Assembly (NCBI GenBank): GCA_964016885.1
Contig: OZ024740.1
Location: forward strand, 228,780,001-228,844,000
Length of the DNA: 64,000 nt
Direction of reading: 5' to 3'
Source: Eledone cirrhosa
Lineage: Eukaryota
Shown: piece after piece, positions 1-12,435 of the stretch
Position numbering within the stretch: position 1 is the first letter of the stretch
How the letters are laid out: each line of letters starts with the position of its first letter
The notes under the pieces: model-generated
Told to the model about the DNA's origin: nothing
Databases searched by the model: none
What the model saw: the letters and a program-made list of their open reading frames with translations, nothing else
Position numbers and translations under genes: made by a program

Positions 1-529
1 CTTCAAATATCATAAACCTAATTAATATACACCTTACACTTATATTTTACATATTATTATAATTAGTTTTTTAAATTTAGTTAACCTACAGAGAACTTCA
101 TAATTTTATTTCCCTCTTACAGCTCTCTTTTCCTAAAATTAATACCTAAAAGTATACCTATAAATTAATTTAATTTCCTGTTATGAATCTAGATTCCTTG
201 TAGTTTATATAAGATTGGTATTTCTCACTACTACCCTTATCCCAAAATTTTACTTTCCTTCGTTTTTAACAACACTCTTTAATAACACCAAAATTTCGTG
301 TACCCTTCACTAGCTTGACCTCTTTTCATCCCCAAAGTATTCTTTTCATTCAAAGTATTCTTTTCATTCAAAACATAAGTCTTCACTCCTCTACCCCTAA
401 ATTAAATTTCTACTACCACTATTCTATCAACTTGACCTCTAACTACTTTTCTATTGGTCAATTCAAAACCTGTTCCCAAACAGACCTTTTATATTAAATC
501 TTTGTTGGTTTTTTTTCAATAAACAAATC

Positions 530-665
530 TCATCATTTCTGAAGACAGCATGTATATGTGCAGGTATGTATATTTCCTCTGATAATTTGTAATATTTTTA
601 CATAGATCTATATGATATACATACCAACACACATATACATCCTAGAAATGATCGTAAAATGATGA
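530..665 (+). ncRNA. Type I hammerhead ribozyme with extended stem II (probably Penelope-like pLTR)
   Basis: Stem I TCATCATTT(530-538)/AAATGATGA(657-665). Core CTGAAGA (539-545) and GAAA (645-648). Stem II ATGTATATGTG/CACATATACAT plus GGTATGTATAT/ATATACATACC. Short stem III with palindromic GATC; cleavage triplet GTA (654-656). (TA)n follows at 722. Confidence 0.72.
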
Positions 666-718
666 ATTTTTTTAATATAAGGAACTTGTTCTTTGTTTTT
701 ATTTCATTGTTTTTATTA

Positions 719-799
<81 letters not shown>

Positions 800-801
<2 letters not shown>

Positions 802-1061
802 ACAGTTAAAATCTGTCACAAACGAGAGCTTATTCTGGTTTCATAGTCGCTAAGCGACTGAGATTACAAGAGTTACCCTGTCCATCACAGGTTTAACCCC
901 CAGATGTTTCTGTTACTGCTGCTGGTGGTGGTACTCATTTTCAGCTGAGTTGACTGGAGCAACGTGAGATGGAATGCTTTAATTAAGAACACAATGCGTC
1001 ACCAGGTCCAGGTATCGAAGGCAGGACATTTATGATCGTATGCCGAACGCTCTAACCACTG
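800..1061 (-). mobile_element. tRNA-derived SINE (family B), degenerate
   Basis: Minus strand reads cagtggttagagcgttcg (A box) ... ttcgatacctgg (B box) ... cacgttgctccagtcaactcagctgaaaatgagtacc. Similar to copies at 22808, 26395, 27965, 37315 and 58390. Confidence 0.6.
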
Positions 1062-1069
1062 TACAGAGA

Positions 1070-2371
1070 GATAAATTTCTTTATTAGCCACAAGGGCACA
1101 AAAGAAGGGGACAAATACAAATGGGGAGTTTACATACAGGTATATGAAAATAAAACTATTAATAAAATAACAAATAACAATTGAAATCCCCAATAGAGGG
1201 GAGGCGTTACACAGGGGTTGTACACACCCAGAAAAAATGTACAACCCTCATCTCCAGGAGCACCAAGAGTGAGTACACCCTTCCTCTCTTCCTCTTTTTC
1301 CTCAATCTACAGGCTTATATAGAGAGAAGGCCCAAACACTCGGGCCATCTTTGCCACATTCACCCACCTTTTATAAAATTTGCTGGGGTACAGTACCTCT
1401 CTCTCCATCCTGATTCTTCTTCCAAAATGATATTTGAAAAAACGAATCAGTTGCTTGCCGGAGAGAAAGGTGTCTGACCTCAGCCCTTTTAACCTCAGCC
1501 CTTTTAACCTCGTCCACCATATAACCTCTTTCACCATAGCCATAACACATAGGAAAACCGCCTCTCCCTCGTTTTTGAAGGAGGGTGGCAGTTTGATCAT
1601 AACAATGGACTCGGTGGTCAACTGGATTGGTCCCACCCGCGACAATAGTCGTTCTAGATAGCCCCACAGGTCGGTAACGCCCGGGCAGTGTACAAATGCG
1701 TGCGCGACGGTTTCCTCGTCGCGCACGCATCTCGGACAGATCTTTTTCGAAGGTTCCCTGCCCGGGCGCCCGTGTCTGTAGAGCTTGTCTCGAACTGGTA
1801 GAGCTCCTCGGTAGCACTGCCAGGCCAGGGACTTTTGGAAGTTGTCCATTGGTCCCGGGCGGAAGGTCCTATCGAACAGACTGACTAGTTCGTCCTCCTC
1901 TACGCCCAGAGTTTCTCCGAGCGCGTCGTCGCACTTGCTGCGGACCAACCCTCTATAGAATGTCGAAGTGGAGTCGCCACTGACCGCCGGGTCCGTTTGC
2001 CAGAGGACTGTGAGCGCCTGAGCACATTCGATGTACCAGTCGCCCATTTTCCTCGGTCTTTGCTTGACCCAGGACTGCAGCTCGGTCAGCGAGACGAGTC
2101 GTGGGAAGGCTCGCCTCACGAACGGCGCCCACACCGGTTGTCCGGTGAGGAATAAGTGAAGGTGCCGCAGCCTGAGCGCGTGTTTGCGCATCGTCAGCCA
2201 CGGCAACCCCGTTTGAAGGGTGTTGGCAGATGATGCATCTTCTCACCAAAGGAGCCCGTTTCTTCCAAAGGAATTGGAAGAACGCGCGCTCCATTTTGGT
2301 GAGCGTTTTGGCTGGACACGGCACGACGGTCAAGCGGTAGTAGATGACGGATGCTATAAAAGTGTCCGCCA
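1070..2371 (-). mobile_element. Tx1-type (L1 clade) LINE, 5'-truncated copy 1
   Basis: ORF 1307-2206 has zf-RVT CPRC...ETVAHAFVHC and ends YISL. Upstream frame has ASVIYYRLTVVPCP. Frameshift near 2207; 15-bp internal duplication at 1477-1506. The 3'UTR ends ggctaataaagaaatttatctct; the 5' end abuts (AGAT)n. Confidence 0.9.
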
Positions 2372-2642
<271 letters not shown>

Positions 2643-4241
2643 AAGTTTCTTTTATTTGCCACTGGGGCATCAAAAGTGGGACAAGTACAAAGGGGGGAGT
2701 TTACACAAAAAGGCGTCCTCAATAAGGAGGAGGCAATAACAAAATATAAAAATAAAATAAGATATAACAAAAAATAAAATTTTTAACAAAATCCTCAATA
2801 GAGAGGAGGCGCCTTGGGGGGTCGCACACACCCCCGAAAAAAGTGTGCAACCCTTTTCCTCAGGAGCACAGAGAGGGGGTGCTCCCTCGTTCCTTCCTCT
2901 TTTCCACCTACAGGCTTATGTAAAGAGAAGGCCCATTCACACGGGCCATTCTCGCCACTTTCACCCACCTTTCATAAAAACGACTGGGGTGCAGCACCTC
3001 TCTCTCCATCCTGATCCTTCTTCCGAAATGATATCGGAAGAAACGGACCAGTTGTTGGCCAGAGAGAAAGGTGCCTGACCTCAGTCCTTTCAGACGCGTC
3101 CACCATACAACCTCTTTCGCTATGGCTATTACGCACAGAAACACCGCCTCTGCTTCATCTTTGAAGGGGGGAGGCGGCTTGATCATTACAATAGACTCGG
3201 TGGTCAACCGGATCGGTCCCACCCTTGATAGCAGTTGTTCGACATAGCCCCACAGATCGGCTACGCCCGAGCAGTGTACCAATGCGTGTGCAACGGTTTC
3301 CTCGTCGCACACGCATCTGGGACAGATCTTTTTGGCGGGGTCCCTACCCGGGCGCCCGTGTCTGTAGAGCCTTTCTCGAACGGGTAAAGCCCCTCGGTAG
3401 CACTGCCAGGCCAGGGACTTCTGGAAGTTGTCCATAGGTCCCGGGCTGAATGTCCTACCGAACAGGCTGGCCAGTTCGTCCTCCTCCATGTCTAGGGCTT
3501 CTCCGAGGGCGTCGTCGCACCTGCTGCGTACCAGCCCTCTATAGAATGTTGCGGTGGAGTGTCCACTGATAACCGGATCCGCCTGCCAGAGGGCGGTGAG
3601 CGCCTGGGCACACTCAGTGTGCCAGGCGCCCAGTTTTCTCGGTCTTTGCTTGACCCAGGATTGCAGCTCGGTGAGTGAGACGAGTCTGGGAAAGGTTCGT
3701 CTCACAAACGAGGCCCACACCGGTTGTCCGGTGAGGAATACGTAGAGGTGCCGTAGCCTTAATGCGTGTTTGCGCATCATTAGCCACGGCATCCCCAGCC
3801 CTCCTTTCGAAGGGTGTTGACAGCAGATGGATCTCCTCACCATAGGAGCCCGCCCCTTCCAAAGGAATTGGAAGAGCGCGCGCTCCATCTTGGTGAGGGT
3901 TTCCCTTGGGCAGGGCACTACGGTCAGGCGGTAGTAGATGACGGACGCTATATAAGTGTTCGCCACCTCCGCCCGACCTTTCAGGGATAGTTTGCAACTG
4001 GCCCACTTCTGGGTCAGTGCAAACACCCTGTTCGTAACCTCCGCCCAGTTTTTCTCCACCTGGAGGTCCGGTCCGAACCAGACCCCGAGCAACTTCACCG
4101 GGCCCTCCGTCCAGCGTCCGACGACGCCATCGGAGGGCATCGGTCTGCCCCTCCACGTGCCGAGTTGCAAACCGATCGACTTGTCCCGGTTCAGCTTAGC
4201 CCCTGTGAACTTTTCGTACTCCTCCAGTAAGGTGCCGACCG
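2643..4241 (-). mobile_element. Tx1-type LINE, 5'-truncated copy 2
   Basis: Open frame 2908-~4241: GAKLNRDKS, VKLLGVWF, LSLKGRAEVANTYIAS, GGLGMP, zf-RVT. The ORF-track N-terminus is only microsatellite read-through. Both ends are in (AGAT)n. Confidence 0.92.
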
Positions 4242-4646
4242 CAGATAGATAGATAGATATGGATAGATACCTAGGTATATAGATAGATAGACAGACAGGC
4301 AGACAGATAGATAGATATAGAGAAGTGGATAAGAGATGAGTAAGTGGCGGTGGATAATATTTTGTAAAGCGATGAACTATGCATAGCAAGCGAGTCAAAC
4401 AAAGAAACATTTAGAAATCTTTAGATAGCATTGTTAGGTTCCATCGTTTACACTCCGTTATGTATATTATTGGAAGCTATATCATTTAGAAAGATCATTG
4501 CTCGACTGTCTTGTTGGCTGGTTGGTTGGCTGGTTGGTTGTTGGTCTTTCTACTAACATATTTAATAGTCAGCAAATACGGGAGTGTTGCTACATCCAAC
4601 ATAATTGTTCGTAATGAAAATGTCACCATGCACCAAACTTGGCTTC

Positions 4647-4727
<81 letters not shown>

Positions 4728-5317
4728 CGAAATATATAAATAAATAAAAAAAATAAAAAATATGGTCGAGAAAAAGAGTGGTCTGCGTAGGCATAAATTA
4801 TATTTGGTTTAAAACCTAATTTTTGAACCCAGTTTAACAACTTTAGTGGAGTCAACCCTATTGTAAACAGCCGGGCCAGGTACCGATTTTGAAAACTTTC
4901 CTTTATTCTTTTTCACCAGTTCCGGAAACCTTGCAAAGTGTCATGAGTGCTGCTACCTCCTCGCCGACTATAAAAAGCCTACAAACCAATGATATTTGAG
5001 CTCAGAAAGCAGACAGCCGGAATCAATACCACAATGAATCTCATTTGAGGGTCTAAAGATTCCGCCAATCCACCATCCTAGACTGGAACAACACTTTATT
5101 TTCTCTGAAAAGGTGAAAGGCCAAGATGACCTCAGCCGAAGTTTAATTCAAAGTGCAGAAAGTCGGAACAAATACCAAGCAGCACTTTATTCAACACTAG
5201 GACTGCAATGAAGAAAGATAGAAAGAAAAGAAGAAGGAAAGAAAGAAATCATTTTAATTCAGCCTTGAATTTATACATAATTTCCTGAAATGACTCCCCC
5301 CCCCCCTTACAATCACG

Positions 5318-5502
5318 TTTCTACTTTTGGCACAAGGCCAGCAATAATCCCAGTGCATTACTGGTACCTTATTTTATCGACCTCGTAAGGATGAAAGGCA
5401 AAGTTAACCTCGGCGAGATTTGAACTCAGATCTTAAAGGGTCACAACTCTTTGCTGCAAAGCATGGGGTCCAGCCCTCTACCGACACTTCCAATCCACCG
5501 CC
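5318..5502 (-). mobile_element. tRNA-derived SINE (family A)
   Basis: Reverse complement of gggcggtggattgg...ggtagagg...gagttcaaatc...gcctttcatccttacg.ggtcgataaaataa...tggccttgtgccaaaagtagaaac. Confidence 0.85.
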
Positions 5503-5523
5503 CGCTGTTGCTTTAGAAATACT

Positions 5524-5622
5524 AAATTAATGCCACCAGGTTTTTGTTTTTCTTCTCTGTCCGAGATGGAAATTTTAATAAATTAAGAACTTATTGAGTA
5601 CTTCTTTCAATGCATCTCTCGA

Positions 5623-5654
<32 letters not shown>

Positions 5655-5752
5655 TCGAGAGATGCATTGAAAGAAGTACTCAATAAGTTCTTAATTTATT
5701 AAAATTTCCATCTCGGACAGAGAAGAAAACAAAAACCTGGTGGCATTAATTT
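5524..5752. repeat. Near-perfect ~99-bp inverted repeat with a microsatellite spacer
   Basis: 5524-5623 is the reverse complement of 5654-5752 (one indel). The spacer is (TA)n(TG)n. Confidence 0.95.
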
Positions 5753-6172
5753 TTCATAAATACACATGAAGGCGAACTAGCCAGTTTTAGAATTCCCTTT
5801 TTCGGATTATATTACTGTGAGAGCTCTGGTTTTCTGTTGAGCTCTGCTGATGAATGAAATTCCAGCCGTGACCATCTCCACTGAAAGTTTTCATGAAATA
5901 GTCTTTTAAGACTATACAGAGCATTTGATGTTATTCCAAATTGAAGGATAAGTGTTTCAAACTTTATTTTATCATGAGTTAAAGGTCTATAGATTTTTCC
6001 CTGGATTTTACTAAATTCTGTGGATGAATTTATATCCTAATTCTCTTTTGAGATGAGTTTGAGTTATTTTTCCTAAATCTTTCGTTAACTACTTTTCCCA
6101 TCTTGACGTTATAGTCGCATATATGTTATAAAATGCCGTTAGCTTCTTGCTAAAACAATCTCTATACCTCTC

Positions 6173-6265
<93 letters not shown>

Positions 6266-6384
6266 AATATATATATATGTATACATATACGTATATATAG
6301 TGAGAGAGAGAGATTGGGAGCTATCAGTTATCCACTGACCGTCGAAACATTAAGCGCTCAGCAATCGAGCACTAACATTTTACT

Positions 6385-6493
<109 letters not shown>

Positions 6494-6554
6494 TATATAT
6501 AGTTAAAGAATGAAGATTAACATGGTTGGCTGTACAATAAGGGCTTTATTTAAA

Positions 6555-6665
6555 GTACTGACAATTGTTTCGTTGATCATGTGGGTCTAGAGTTCGCTAA
6601 TCGCTTGATCTTGCGTTATTCGATCTCCAATACATTATTCACCTATGGTCAACACATCAGAGCAT
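6555..6665 (-). ncRNA. Hammerhead-like motif (CUGAUGU core variant, enlarged stem II loop)
   Basis: Minus strand: atgct CTGATGT GTTGACCAT..~65 nt..ATGATCAAC GAAAC AATT GTC agtac. Palindromic stem III loop. Lies next to a Penelope remnant and (TA)n. Confidence 0.5.
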
Positions 6666-6801
6666 GTAGATATGAAAATAATTCACTCGAGGCAAGACTT
6701 ATATAGAGAAATAGTGTATAATTAAAACAATAACATCAATAATAAAATAGCGTATAATATAAACTATAAAACTTTCCTACTCTACTGCAGCCAACATAGA
6801 A

Positions 6802-7491
6802 TTGCACATACGTAAGATCAACCACAAAAATATCTCTAACGAAATTAACCTACCAACACGCACCATAGCACCAAATACAAAACACAAACACATAACAACA
6901 TCACAACCACAAACGCATCGGAACACATCACAAAAAAACATTAATAGGCCTAAATCACAACCCACCCACAACAACTTACAAAACCGCAACGACGAACCTG
7001 CACAAAATAAAACCTCAAATTGTAATTGCCACCTACCAGATAAGTGCCCACTACGGAATAGATGCCTGGATTCAAGTATGGTATACCGGTGTACTGTGAA
7101 TTCAGGCAATCATAGGTTCAACGTCTGGGGAGCTTAAGAAAAGGTAGTACGTCCACAGACACTCTATGAAGAACCGTGCACTGGAGAACTCTACGACGCT
7201 CGCCAATAAAATCTGGCAGCTTAAGGACAGAAACCTAGAATATAAGATTAGCTGGTCAAAATTATCGGTAGCGAAAGCCTACAGTAACGGTATGTCCCAC
7301 TGCGGGCATTGTAATTTAGAACTACTACATATTTTAAGGTACGATGGGATGCTGCGTAACAGAATTAAATTCTCTACCTACACCCTACTCAATATTTAAC
7401 GTATTAATGTGCACTCTGATTTCCTTTTTTTTTGTATCTTAATGATGCTGGCCTAATTAAAGCATTGAGTGCGAAAACGGTCGAAGATACA
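6802..7491 (+). pseudogene. Penelope-like element remnant, GIY-YIG endonuclease region with decayed pLTR hammerhead
   Basis: CNC..PDKCPLRNRCLDSSMVYRCTV, then (frameshift/stop) STTLANKIWQLKD..YKISW...AKAYSNG..HCGHCNLE. At 7433-7491 tgtatctt...gaaaacggtc.aagataca retains stem I, but the core is mutated. Confidence 0.8.
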
Positions 7492-7534
7492 TCGATCCTT
7501 TCGATGACTCGTTTCAATATTATTATTATTATTT

Positions 7535-7897
7535 GCTGCCCCCCAGTACATTTGCTAAAAGGTGGGTGAATGTGGCGAGAATGGCTCGTGTGAATGGGCC
7601 TACTCTGACCATGCGCCTATAGGCTGGCTAACTTGAGGAGAGGGGTGCTCTCCCTGGGTGCCCTAGAAGCGCAGGGTGGTTCAGGATTGGTGGGGTACCC
7701 GAATCACCCCAGGTCGTCCACCCCCTATCGGGGAATTTATTTTGTTATATTTATGCATAGTTTATTTTATATTTTTATATTTTTATTGTTAAATTAGTCT
7801 TGCCATTGTGCACTTTTACTCGACCTTATTGTAAACCCCCACTGTCCCTGTCTTTGTATTGTCCCCTACATGTCGGCCCTTGTGGCTAATAAATGAA

Positions 7898-7900
<3 letters not shown>
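7535..7900 (+). mobile_element. Tx1-type LINE 3' end in (ATT)n
   Basis: Encodes KRWVNVARMARVNGPTLTMRL*. The 3'UTR ends ggctaataaatgaaatc(att)n. ATT repeats on both sides. Near-identical to 47108-47443. Confidence 0.88.
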
Positions 7901-7938
<38 letters not shown>

Positions 7939-7944
7939 TATATG

Positions 7945-8123
7945 AGGGTGGTGGATTGACAGTATCGGTAAGACGTCAGACACCATGCTTTGCAACATAA
8001 AGTTATGGCCCTTTACGTTCTGAGTTCAAATACCGCCGAGGTTAATTTTACCTTCGATAAAATAAAGCACCACTAATTCACTGGGATAAGTGCTGACCTT
8101 GTGCCAAAAGTAGAAACAATTAT
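7945..8123 (+). mobile_element. SINE family A
   Basis: Matches the family consensus; A/B boxes and aaacaattatt tail. Confidence 0.85.
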
Positions 8124-8132
8124 TATATATAC

Positions 8133-8193
<61 letters not shown>

Positions 8194-8403
8194 TGTGTGT
8201 GTGTGAGTGTGTATGTGTATGAGTGCACGTTTGTGTGTTTATGGGAGAGACAGAGAGTGTGCGTGTGTTTATGTCCCTAAACTTAAAAATAAATTCTCGG
8301 GTCGATATGACCGAGCGAATTCCTTTAGAGCCGCGCCCTAGCATAGATGCAGTCAAACGAGTGAAATCTGTGAAGAAAAAAGAAAGAAATAGAAGAAAAA
8401 AAT

Positions 8404-8440
<37 letters not shown>

Positions 8441-9239
8441 GAAAGAAGAAAGTTAAAAGGATGTGATAACATTTTGATTGCAGCATTGATTACAAAGAAA
8501 TGTCAGCCATGTTGATATAGTATCTTGAGTGTTATAAATTATATTAGAAAGTCTCACTTCCGTGTGTAGACAAGATTACATCTCCGCTGTAAACTTTATA
8601 TATATATATATATATGTGTATGTGTGTGTGTGTGTGTTTGTGTGTTTGTGTGTGTTTGTGCATACATATATATATATAACAAAATCAACAGACACTCACA
8701 AATATTTATCTATTTATATGTATATATTTTTTGTCCTGCTGACACAATCAAACAATTTTATACCAATTGTATGTGGTGTTTTAAGTAGAAAATTGATAGA
8801 TACGGGTTATTGTGTCAACAGTGCATGCATTTAGATAGAGAAAATAGATAGATGAGTCAAGTAGTGGTTGTCAGAAAACAAGCTGTTTTAAAGCATATCA
8901 GTTGACAGTCCTTCCTTCCCTCTTAGCATTGGTAATAATCTTTTCCTCCTCTCTCGCTTAGCTTTTACAAACTCTATGTATGTATGTATGTATGTATGTA
9001 TGTATGTATGTATGTATGTATGTATGTATGTATGTATGTATGTATGTATGTATGTATGTATGTTTGTATGTATTTATGTATGTATGTATGTGTGTATTTA
9101 TGTATGTATGTGTGTATTTATGTATGTATGTATGTGTGTATTTATGTATGTATGTATGTATGTATTTATGTATTTATGTATGTATGTATGTATGTATGTG
9201 TAAGTGTATATGTAAGTATGTATGCGTATGTAAGTATGT

Positions 9240-10046
9240 ATTTCTGGTTTCATAATTTTATAAAATGTTTACCAATAGAGAGAGAGAGAGAGGGAGAGAG
9301 AGAGAGGGGGAGAGAGAGAGAGAGAGAGAGAGCGAGAGATAGAGGGAGAGGGAGTGAGAGAGAGAGTGGCGGGAGGGGGAGTCGGTTTCTAACGTAGATA
9401 CAAGACTTCTCATTGGAATTTAAACAACATAAACTAGGTAGATATGTGTGCATGTCTACATACATGCGTGTGTGTGTGTGTGTGCAGGTATGGATGTTAT
9501 TGTATGTGTGGATCTGTATGTTTTGAGTTATGTGTGCATATGCATATGTTTTGTATCATTCCATCAGTTCTCTTTCATATTATGTATATGTATGTCTTCC
9601 CCATTACTGAAGCTTTTAATCTATTATTAATTGTCGGGGTATCTTTTCTACGGATTGCATTGTAGTGTTTTGGCCACTACATCATGCCTCATGTGTAGAT
9701 AGTACCGTGATGACATCTTTGGACAGCTGCTTATGACGTGGGTGACATCTTCGATGTTAGTTCTGCAGAGTCTGCATTTGTTGTCACATCTAGGTGCTTT
9801 GTCTGCCTACCTCTTTTGTGAATCAGGTATTTTGTGTTAATCTCCTGTTTTGGGATTGCAAAAGCGTATCCTTCAAAGTGGGAGCCAATATAGTGGTTGT
9901 TGGTCCAAGATAGACTACTTTGTTTATCTATATTACTCTCACTCTGGAGCTTCCTGGCAACATATCCATGCATGATGTTTTGCTGATAATCATGCAGCTT
10001 TTCATCCATGGATTCACTGCGGTATTGCTGGGCAATTTCCCTGGGT
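9240..10046 (-). mobile_element. RLE-type (R4/Dong-like) LINE fragment, family CATA-1, internally deleted
   Basis: Minus strand: SHFEGYAFAI..QEINTK, then CCHC knuckle CRLCRTNIEDVTHVISSC and MRHDVVAK, joined directly to the 3'UTR shared with the copies at 14719 and 16606. Flanked by (TATG)n. Confidence 0.8.
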
Positions 10047-10097
10047 ATATGTATGTATGTGTGTTTGTACGTATGTATGGATGCATGCATGGATGTA

Positions 10098-10345
10098 TTT
10101 GACAGCATCGGTAGAGGGTCGGACGCCATGCTTTGTTTGACGCATAGAGTTACGGCCCTTGCCATTCTGAGTTCAAATACTGCCGAGGTTAACTTACGGG
10201 GTCGATAAAATAAAGTACCAGTAATGCACTGGGTAATTACTGGCCTTGTACCAACGAGTAGAAACAATTATTATAGCGGATTGGCAGTATCGGTAGAGGG
10301 TCGAACGCCATGCTTTGCAGCATAGAGTTACGTCCCTTTACCATT
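10098..10345 (+). mobile_element. SINE family A (one near-full copy plus a partial head)
   Basis: Consensus match at 10098-10272; second head at 10276-10345. Confidence 0.8.
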
Positions 10346-10809
10346 ACCTGTCTAGGACGACCTACACAGGACATAGGCAACCTCCTCCTCCTCCTCCTCC
10401 TTCTCCTCCTCCTCCTCCTCCTCCTCCTCCTCCACCTCCTCGTCCTGTGATTAACTCATTAAAAACTAATACAAATAAAATAAAACAAAATCATAAATAT
10501 AATAAAAGGTAATTGCTGAAATAATTATAATAATGTTAGGATTTTTAATTAACCCTGCATTAAATATATTAACACTTATAAGACTGAAATACAATGGATT
10601 CACTAAGGTAGGTGAAAGTTTAGGCAAAACAATAGTTTGGTGTTTGGGTAGGATCAAAGATGTCTGACCTTTAAACAGGAATGATTTTGTGTAGTTTGTT
10701 GTCAAATTCATTCTTTTCAAATTCAGTTTCAAGATGTAGTACTTATTCTTCATTTTGAAACAAATCCTGAAATATTTTTCTACTTTATAGTAAATGCTCT
10801 ATAGAGTCC

Positions 10810-11330
10810 TCTATAGAATCCTCTGGCCCCGGCGGCCAGACGTAACCCCGGAGATCAACCTGTGGTTGATCTGCGGAGTTAGGTCTCCATTGTTGTATCG
10901 AGCCCAGGTAAATGAAGGAGTTGACAATGGAAGCCCCCTTTGGCACTACTTCCTTATCTTCCAGAAGACGAAGCTCCGTATCTACAATGCGTCGGTACTC
11001 TCCGTTCTGCTCTATGGAACAGAAACGTGGCCTCTCACAAAGACCCTGGCAGCAGAGCCCTGAAGACCATCGAGAACATCATATGGTACCACCACATTTC
11101 CAACAAAGTGTTGTGTGCCCGGAGCCTCCCGCTTCATAGCCACCCGCCTCCCACCAGATCATTTTACCTAGAAGAAGAAGAAGAAGAAGAAGAAGAAGAA
11201 GAAGAAGAAGAAGAAGAAGAAGAAGAAGAAGAAGAAGAAGAAGAAGAAGAAGAAGAAGAAGAAGAAGAAGAAGAAGAAGAAGAAGAAGAAGAAGAAGAAG
11301 AAGAAGAAGAAGAAGAAGAAGAAGAAGAAG
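10810..11330 (+). mobile_element. RTE-clade LINE fragment with (GAA)n tail
   Basis: TKLRIYNASVLSVLLYGTETWPLTK and RALKTIENIIWYHHISN are RTE post-RT motifs. (GAA)n at 11170-11330. Confidence 0.75.
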
Positions 11331-11439
11331 ACAGTAAATCTAGAAATTTGGAAATTTGGTTAATCTTGAAAGTGGATAATTTTGACTCCTTTCCAAAGGA
11401 TATTAAGCGACATGAATTAAAAAGATGTTAAACTATGCC

Positions 11440-11477
<38 letters not shown>

Positions 11478-11725
11478 CTTCTTCTTCTTCTTCTTCTTCT
11501 TCTTCTTCTTCTTCTTCTTCTTCTTCTTCTTCTTCTTCTTCCTCCCCTCCCCCTCCTCCCACTTATACCTGGGACGGTCATGGGATGTGGAGAGCAAGAG
11601 TCCCCAAACACACTTTCCCGCGGGTCTTGTCAGAAGCAATAGTCGCCAATCGATCCGGCTGGATCCTCACACAACAAACAATGGATTACTTGATTAAACT
11701 GCCGCCAGTTCTTTGACCGGTTTGC
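11478..11725 (-). mobile_element. RTE (Expander-like) 3' end with (GAA)n tail
   Basis: Shares gcaagagtcc..aaacac..gcgggtc..tcagaagcaa..gatccggctggat with 54790-54900. (TTC)n on the + strand is its tail. Confidence 0.65.
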
Positions 11726-11747
11726 ATTATTTTATTGACCACGGATT

Positions 11748-12435
11748 GGGCACTGTGGATTGGCAGTATCGGTAGAGGGTCGGACGCCGTGCTTTGCAGC
11801 ATAGAGTTACGGCCCTTGCCATTCTGAGTTCAAATCCCGCCGAGGTTAACTTTGCCATTCATCCTTACGGGGTCGATAAAGTAAAGTACCAGTAATGCAC
11901 TGGGTAATTGCTGGCCTTGTGCCAAAAGTAGAAACAATTATTTTATTGACCACGGTGGTCAATAAAATATTGAGGGCGGTGGATTGGCAGTATCGGTAGA
12001 GGGTCGGACGCCATGCTTTCCAGCATAGTTACGTCCCTTTACGATCTGAGTTCAAATCCCGCCTAGGTTAACTTTGCCTTTCATCCTTACGGGGTCGATA
12101 AAATAAAGTACCAGTAATGCACTGGGTAATTGCTGGCCTTGTGCCTAAAGTAGAAACAATTATTTTATTGACCACGGAAGAATAAAAAGCAAAGTTGATC
12201 TTGACATAACATGTAAATACACAACACATATATATATGTCACAGACATATCCACTGGCAGTATCAGTAGAGGGTCGGACGCCATGCTTTGATGCATAGAG
12301 TTACGGCCCTTGCCATTCTGAGTTCAAATCCCGCCTAGGTTAACTTTGCCTTTCACCCTTACGGGGTCGATAAAATAAAGTACCAGTAATGCACTGAGTT
12401 ATTGCTGGCCTTGTGCCAAAAGTAGAAACAATTAT
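11748..12435 (+). mobile_element. Three tandem SINE family A copies
   Basis: Copies at ~11748-11940, 11975-12162 and 12254-12435, highly similar, each with A box tggcagtatcggtag and B box gagttcaaatcc. Confidence 0.9.

Noticed and set aside
4242-4410. N-terminus of the 500-aa ORF 2908-4410
   Set aside because: Read-through of (AGAT)n flank, not part of the Tx1 protein.
10940-11716. Poly-Glu/Lys/Ser ORFs
   Set aside because: (GAA)n/(TTC)n tails of RTE fragments.
11748-11850. tRNA genes at SINE heads
   Set aside because: A/B boxes are present but there is no full cloverleaf; each continues into a SINE body and is multi-copy.
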